A stretch of 63,961 bases of DNA, the filler included, from Octopus bimaculoides (Eukaryota): assembly GCF_001194135.2 (NCBI RefSeq). It is 4 parts of 4 records of this genome, joined end to end, with 100 filler letters (N's around TTAATTAATTAA, not from the genome) between each part and the next. Parts side by side here need not be neighbours in the genome. Positions count along the whole stretch, not along the records: positions 42,498 to 62,857 come from NC_068992.1; positions 62,958 to 63,961 come from NC_068982.1; 2 more parts are not named here. One strand, given 5' to 3'. Position 1 is the stretch's first letter. Each line of letters begins with the position of its first letter. The notes below the pieces were generated by a model, which was not told the origin of the DNA, searched no databases, and saw only the letters and a list, made by a program, of their open reading frames with translations. The position numbers and the translations under genes were made by a program. Positions 58,769 through 63,961 of the stretch are shown piece by piece.

Positions 58769-59649
58769 TCTTTAACCTAATTATGGTTAAATCGAGAAGG
58801 CAATTTCATACATTCTTTTAACGAGTAGAAATTGAAACTCTGACAGACTTTGGAGAGTGAAAGTGAAAGTGATATGCATTTTAGAAACGTTAACGATTAA
58901 TTGACGCACCTCTCCCTCCCTCTCTCTTTTTCCCACTCTATCTCCCTCTCTCTCTNNNNNNNNNNNNNNNNNNNNNNNNNNNNNNNNNNNNNNNNNNNNN
59001 NNNNNNNNNNNNNNNNNNNNNNNNNNNNNNNNNNNNNNNNNNNNNNNNNNNNNNNNNNNNNNNNNNNNNNNNNNNNNNNNNNNNNNNNNNNNNNNNNNNN
59101 NNNNNNNNNNNNNNNNNNNNNNNNNNNNNNNNNNNNNNNNNNNNNNNNNNNNNNNNNNNNNNNNNNNNNNNNNNNNNNNNNNNNNNNNNNNNNNNNNNNN
59201 NNNNNNNNNNNNNNNNNNNNNNNNNNNNNNNNNNNNNNNNNNNNNNNNNNNNNNNNNNNNNNNNNNNNNNNNNNNNNNNNNNNNNNNNNNNNNNNNNNNN
59301 NNNNNNNNNNNNNNNNNNNNNNNNNNNNNNNNNNNNNNNNNNNNNNNNNNNNNNNNNNNNNNNNNNNNNNNNNNNNNNNNNNNNNNNNNNNNNNNNNNNN
59401 NNNNNNNNNNNNNNNNNNNNNNNNNNNNNNNNNNNNNNNNNNNNNNNNNNNNNNNNNNNNNNNNNNNNNNNNNNNNNNNNNNNNNNNNNNNNNNNNNNNN
59501 NNNNNNNNNNNNNNNNNNNNNNNNNNNNNNNNNNNNNNNNNNNNNNNNNNNNNNNNNNNNNNNNNNNNNNNNNNNNNNNNNNNNNNNNNNNNNNNNNNNN
59601 NNNNNNNNNNNNNGGTAATCGTGCATAGAAAAACTAATAATAAGCCTTA

Positions 59650-60800
59650 TTTTTTTTTATTGGCCACAAGGTCCTACGCAGACAGTACAAAACCTGTCCT
59701 ACCGACGAGATCTACACTGCACCACCAATCCGACTCACATTCTTTCGACTCTCTCAAAGGAATATAAGTATTTCTCTGCAATAGCCTTGCAGTGTTTGAA
59801 GAGTCATTAGGAGCAAATTTTCCATGCAGACCCACACAACCGTGTTTTTCAGATGAATTCAGTATTCACTGCATGTCCGTAGAGTTTTTGTCACAGTTGA
59901 CATAATGCCAAGAGTCGAGATTCCTACTAGTATATCTGTCCGTGATCCGAATGTTTGTAAGGCTCATGTTTTGTTACGCTATCGTGTGGGCATCATTGTG
60001 GCGCACCAGATTGACATGTATCATCACTTAGTTTTCGGTTTTAAAAACCTTGTACATGCTTCTCATATGCTCTTCCCCGATCGAGTACATGTCCTGCAAC
60101 ATATCTGCTGGGGCCTGTTCCAATTCTTTGATTAAGGCCATATGGAAGTCCTTAATTATTTGTATATGTTATTATCATACTTATCCTTACCAGGATGAAT
60201 TCGTCGGGAGATGAAGCACTCTTTATTGTCACAAAGCCCCTTCTATCCTTCTCTTTATGCGTGAGCTCGCTCAAGTCCTTTCTATTGCACGCTGTTGTCG
60301 TATGTTACTTTGTCATTGTTCTTATTGTCATTGTGGTTCATACTCTTTGCTTTGCGTTCAAATTAATGTTTCCAATACTATTCATTTTATTTTCCATTGT
60401 ACAAGTGTGTCAAGATCTGGAGCTCCGATGTCACTGTAATGCTATCGGGTACACTTAGGGCAGCACATGCCATTATGTGGGTATGACTCTACCGTTTAGC
60501 ATCATCTACGATCCTGAAAAGCAGAAAAATCCAACCACAAGATTTGTCACTTTCAATAGACAAAGTCATACGTGTCAACATCTTTAGAGGACAAGCAAAA
60601 CAATTTTACCCCTGCTTTCATGAGGTAAAGATATGTTAAATTTCTCTTTACTCACTGTAGGATAAAATTTTCGGGTAAAGACATAAAGTCCTTTGTAACA
60701 TACCTTTACCAAAATTGTTTCACCCACGAGGCTCTGTTTAAGTCTAAAACTTCTTTGTTTGGTGCAACGTTTGTGAAAGTGAGTAGAAAATTACGTTTGT
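59650..60800 (-). mobile_element. Possible heavily decayed LINE ORF2 remnants (L1/Tx1-like)
   Basis: Stop-riddled protein-like frames (GAPDLDTLVQWKIK; KDFHMALIKELE; VVWVCMENLL); same strand as the ORF1 at 62960-63961. Weak. Confidence 0.3.
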
Positions 60801-61403
60801 GCTGTTATTAAGTGAGTTGTCGACATTGCTAACTTTCTTAACATTCATACCATAAAAAAGATTGGAATTGTCTTTTTGTGTGTGTGTGTGTTTTCAAACT
60901 GCTAATATTTTCTTCAATAATATTTTCATACATTTTGGTTTGATTTGCTTTTGGACGTTGCTTTTGTTTGTTTCTGTGTTTGCTGAGCTGTTTTTTTCTG
61001 TTCCNNNNNNNNNNNNNNNNNNNNNNNNNNNNNNNNNNNNNNNNNNNNNNNNNNNNNNNNNNNNNNNNNNNNNNNNNNNNNNNNNNNNNNNNNNNNNNNN
61101 NNNNNNNNNNNNNNNNNNNNNNNNNNNNNNNNNNNNNNNNNNNNNNNNNNNNNNNNNNNNNNNNNNNNNNNNNNNNNNNNNNNNNNNNNNNNNNNNNNNN
61201 NNNNNNNNNNNNNNNNNNNNNNNNNNNNNNNNNNNNNNNNNNNNNNNNNNNNNNNNNNNNNNNNNNNNNNNNNNNGCTCTCGTCTTTTCAGTTAATTCCA
61301 AACGTTTCAAAGAGAAAAAAGTCATCTAAAGTTTGAAAAACAAATGATCACATAATGCAATCTGTAACGGGTCACAGACAAGCCATCTTGTCTCGGCGGA
61401 AAC

Positions 61404-61452
<49 letters not shown>

Positions 61453-61453
<1 letters not shown>

Positions 61454-61583
61454 TGAGATCACCTTGTGCTGCATGTGCCTGGTGTGCCCTTGTCAGACGG
61501 GTAGTCATGATGAGTATATTGAGCTTTGTATATTTTACCCTAGTGTCACTTTGATAGCATGCACTGCTCTCTCACTCAATAGC

Positions 61584-61645
<62 letters not shown>

Positions 61646-62857
61646 TAATAATAATAATAACAACAACAACAACAATAACAATATGGCCGATTCATGCAAC
61701 AAACCGAGAAAATTGGGAGTAAAGAACGCCGAGTCTGTTTGACAGACGGGAACTTGAAACAAGAGACCGAAACGCTAATTACAGCTACTCAGAAACAAGC
61801 CATTAGAACAAATCTGATAAAAGCAAAGATCGAAAAACTCAGTCAGACAACAAATGTAGAATCTGCAGGAAAGGAGACGAAAATATCAATCACCTTTGAG
61901 TGGGTGCAGTATACTAACACAAAAGGAGTATAAGTGTAGACATGACTGTATAGGCAAAGGAGTGCAATGGGATGCTAGCTGAATGTGTGGCTTCGAAAAT
62001 AACAGAATGAACAGAAAAATAACAGTATGAACACGAATCAGAGGCTGTGATAGAAAACGAAAATTACAAGAACTCGTAACGTTTCCTCACAAAAACTGCC
62101 TATACCTTTGAAGCAAGAAGACCAGATATGATGATAAAGAGGAAAATATACAAACAGTGTAAGATCATAGATTTTGCAGTTTCCTATGATATAAGAGTCG
62201 ATACAAAAGAAACTGGATAAATATTTAGAAATATCATGATCTAACCAGGAAACAGAGAAGATTGTGGAATATTCTGCTTAATACCACAGATTTGCTTGTC
62301 AGTTGTTTGACCTTAACCAGTTGAGCATGTCCCTTGCTGGCTGACGATATGTGCATCTCTGATCATGAGCAGAAGTAGTGGGGGAGCATCATAGCCATGT
62401 GTTGAGAGGAATTCTTTGGGGTTTGAATAATTCACCTTTGGAAACATGGAAACATGGAAACATCCTTAAAGAAACTTTATTCAGGTAGGTGAAAATCAAA
62501 TAGATGAAGGAAGTCATACAGAAATCGACGCAACAGAACTACATGATCTAAAAAATCAAATCATGATTGAATGGCTGAAAATTAAAGAAACTAGTATGAA
62601 TGAACGCGACACTCTCCCCAAAATTCGCAATTCTAACCAAAACCTGAAAATAATTGGTAAAATCCGCCTTGCACTTAAGGATATAATTTCAGCTAATGGT
62701 GTTGATATTACAGATCTCAACCACCTGTACTATGCATCCGCAAGAATCTCAACGATTCTATGTGGTGAAAAGATTAGAAAAAGACAACACTCGCACAAAA
62801 AGCCTTCTTGGCAAGAATGCATTCAACACCAAATTAAGCTGCTTAGATCTGACATAG
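61453..62857 (+). mobile_element. Mosaic of R4/Dong segments (3' UTR end, (AAT)n, C-terminal CCHC+REL, UTR middle, N-terminal ORF)
   Basis: YGRFMQQ...AIRTNLIKAKI, CRICRKGDENINHL, RRPDMM...IIDFAV; UTR matches 14735-15125; MIEWLKIKETSMNERDTLPKI...KKPSWQ. Confidence 0.85.
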
Positions 62858-62959
62858 NNNNNNNNNNNNNNNNNNNNNNNNNNNNNNNNNNNNNNNNNNN
62901 NTTAATTAATTAANNNNNNNNNNNNNNNNNNNNNNNNNNNNNNNNNNNNNNNNNNNNGG

Positions 62960-63961
62960 GGTATTTCCCTTTTTTCATTTGTGAGACACCGTCGTGAAAT
63001 CTATTTCTTCTTCGTTCACTAGGTTCTCCTCCTCTTTTTCATTCTTATTTTGTTTTACGTTCTTCTTTATTTTTTCCTCCTTTTGGGTTTCAGGTTTTTT
63101 TTCCTGGATTTTCTTTAGTTGTTGTAGTGTCAGTTTCATGTTTTTCTGTGTTTATCACAGCGCTTTGGGGAGGGGTATCCGCCATTTTTTTTGTGCAGGC
63201 GGAACGAACGTGGCCCTTCTGCCCGCATTCAAAGCATCTAGGCCTACGTCCTTCCACTGATACACGCATGGTACGCCCCTCCCCTACGAAGACTCTATCT
63301 GGTAAATTTTCGAGGACTGCGTTATCTGCCTGAATGACCATTTCGAGGCTTTGACCCTTCCAGTTTGTTGCTTCTTTCCTCTTCATGCTTAAAATTGTCA
63401 GCTTCCCTTCTACGTCGTAGATAATTGCGGTTGCTACCCAATACACATCATATCCGTCGGGAATTTCTTCCACCGTAATTTTCGCCGTTCTACGGCCTAA
63501 GTACGTAGGCAGCAGCATTATTTGGTCATTTTTAAGTGTCTGGGTTGACACGTCTTTCGCTTCGCTTTCCGACTCGAAGTGTGCTTCTATTGTTGCGCTC
63601 TTCACTCCTCGGCAAACGTAGCGAATTTTCTTCCAAATTGGTGCCAAGCACCGCTCAACGATTTCATTCTTAACTTCCATGATTTTTTTCTCCTTCAAGT
63701 TGTACACCTTGAAGACCACGGTTTTTTAAAAATTACTTCGATGGTCTTAGGGGGCGGTATCAACTTTGTTGTGTCTCCTGATTTTTCAATTAAGTTTCTG
63801 AACTAGAGTAGCTTCACCATAGCTACTTCCAGTTCAATTACGCTGCCGCCTACGGCGTCAGAAAAGCTTTGTTTTGCCTGGCTTTCCTTGTTTGTAACGG
63901 TATTTTTGTTCATGGTTGTAACAGCACTTCTGTCCTTGGTTATAACGGTATTATTCCCTTC
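62960..63961 (-). mobile_element. Non-LTR retrotransposon ORF1 (gag-like, CCHC knuckle), probably L1/Tx1 group
   Basis: 209-aa ORF with RVSVEGRRPRCFECGQKGHVRSAC followed by a low-complexity K/E/T tail; frameshifted extensions on both sides. Confidence 0.8.

Overview
This is AT-rich, gap-ridden eukaryotic draft-assembly DNA, not prokaryotic: it has no operons, rRNA genes or CRISPR arrays. The repeat families and the dense (TA)n/(CA)n/(AAT)n microsatellites resemble octopus/cephalopod DNA; this is from recalled family sequences and was not searched. Most of the window is decayed, nested mobile DNA. Non-LTR retrotransposons include RTE, CR1/L2-group, R4/Dong-type restriction-like-endonuclease elements and an L1/Tx1-like ORF1. 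There is also a Gypsy LTR+gag fragment, three mariner remnants, hAT MITEs with 8-bp TSDs, TTAA-flanked MITEs, Helitron-like elements, Penelope-like pieces and four tRNA-derived SINE families. Host coding sequence is limited to a few unassigned candidate exons inferred from splice signals and phase matching. The strongest observations are: (1) a complete type-I minimal hammerhead ribozyme fold at 18348-18445 (-), possibly intronic and sense to a candidate gene, plus three hammerhead-like relics; (2) a CR1-group LINE whose 3' tail matches the commonest SINE; (3) clean internal deletions in three LINE clades; (4) a 57-bp minisatellite apparently born from a mariner LPERW motif; (5) a Dong RT fragment bracketed by inverted tRNA-like heads; (6) an 8-unit SINE train; (7) a roughly 140-bp-arm hairpin. 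I cannot show that any of these is a new biological system. Most are variants of known mobile-element biology and need the listed checks. Many element boundaries are approximate to about 10-30 bp.
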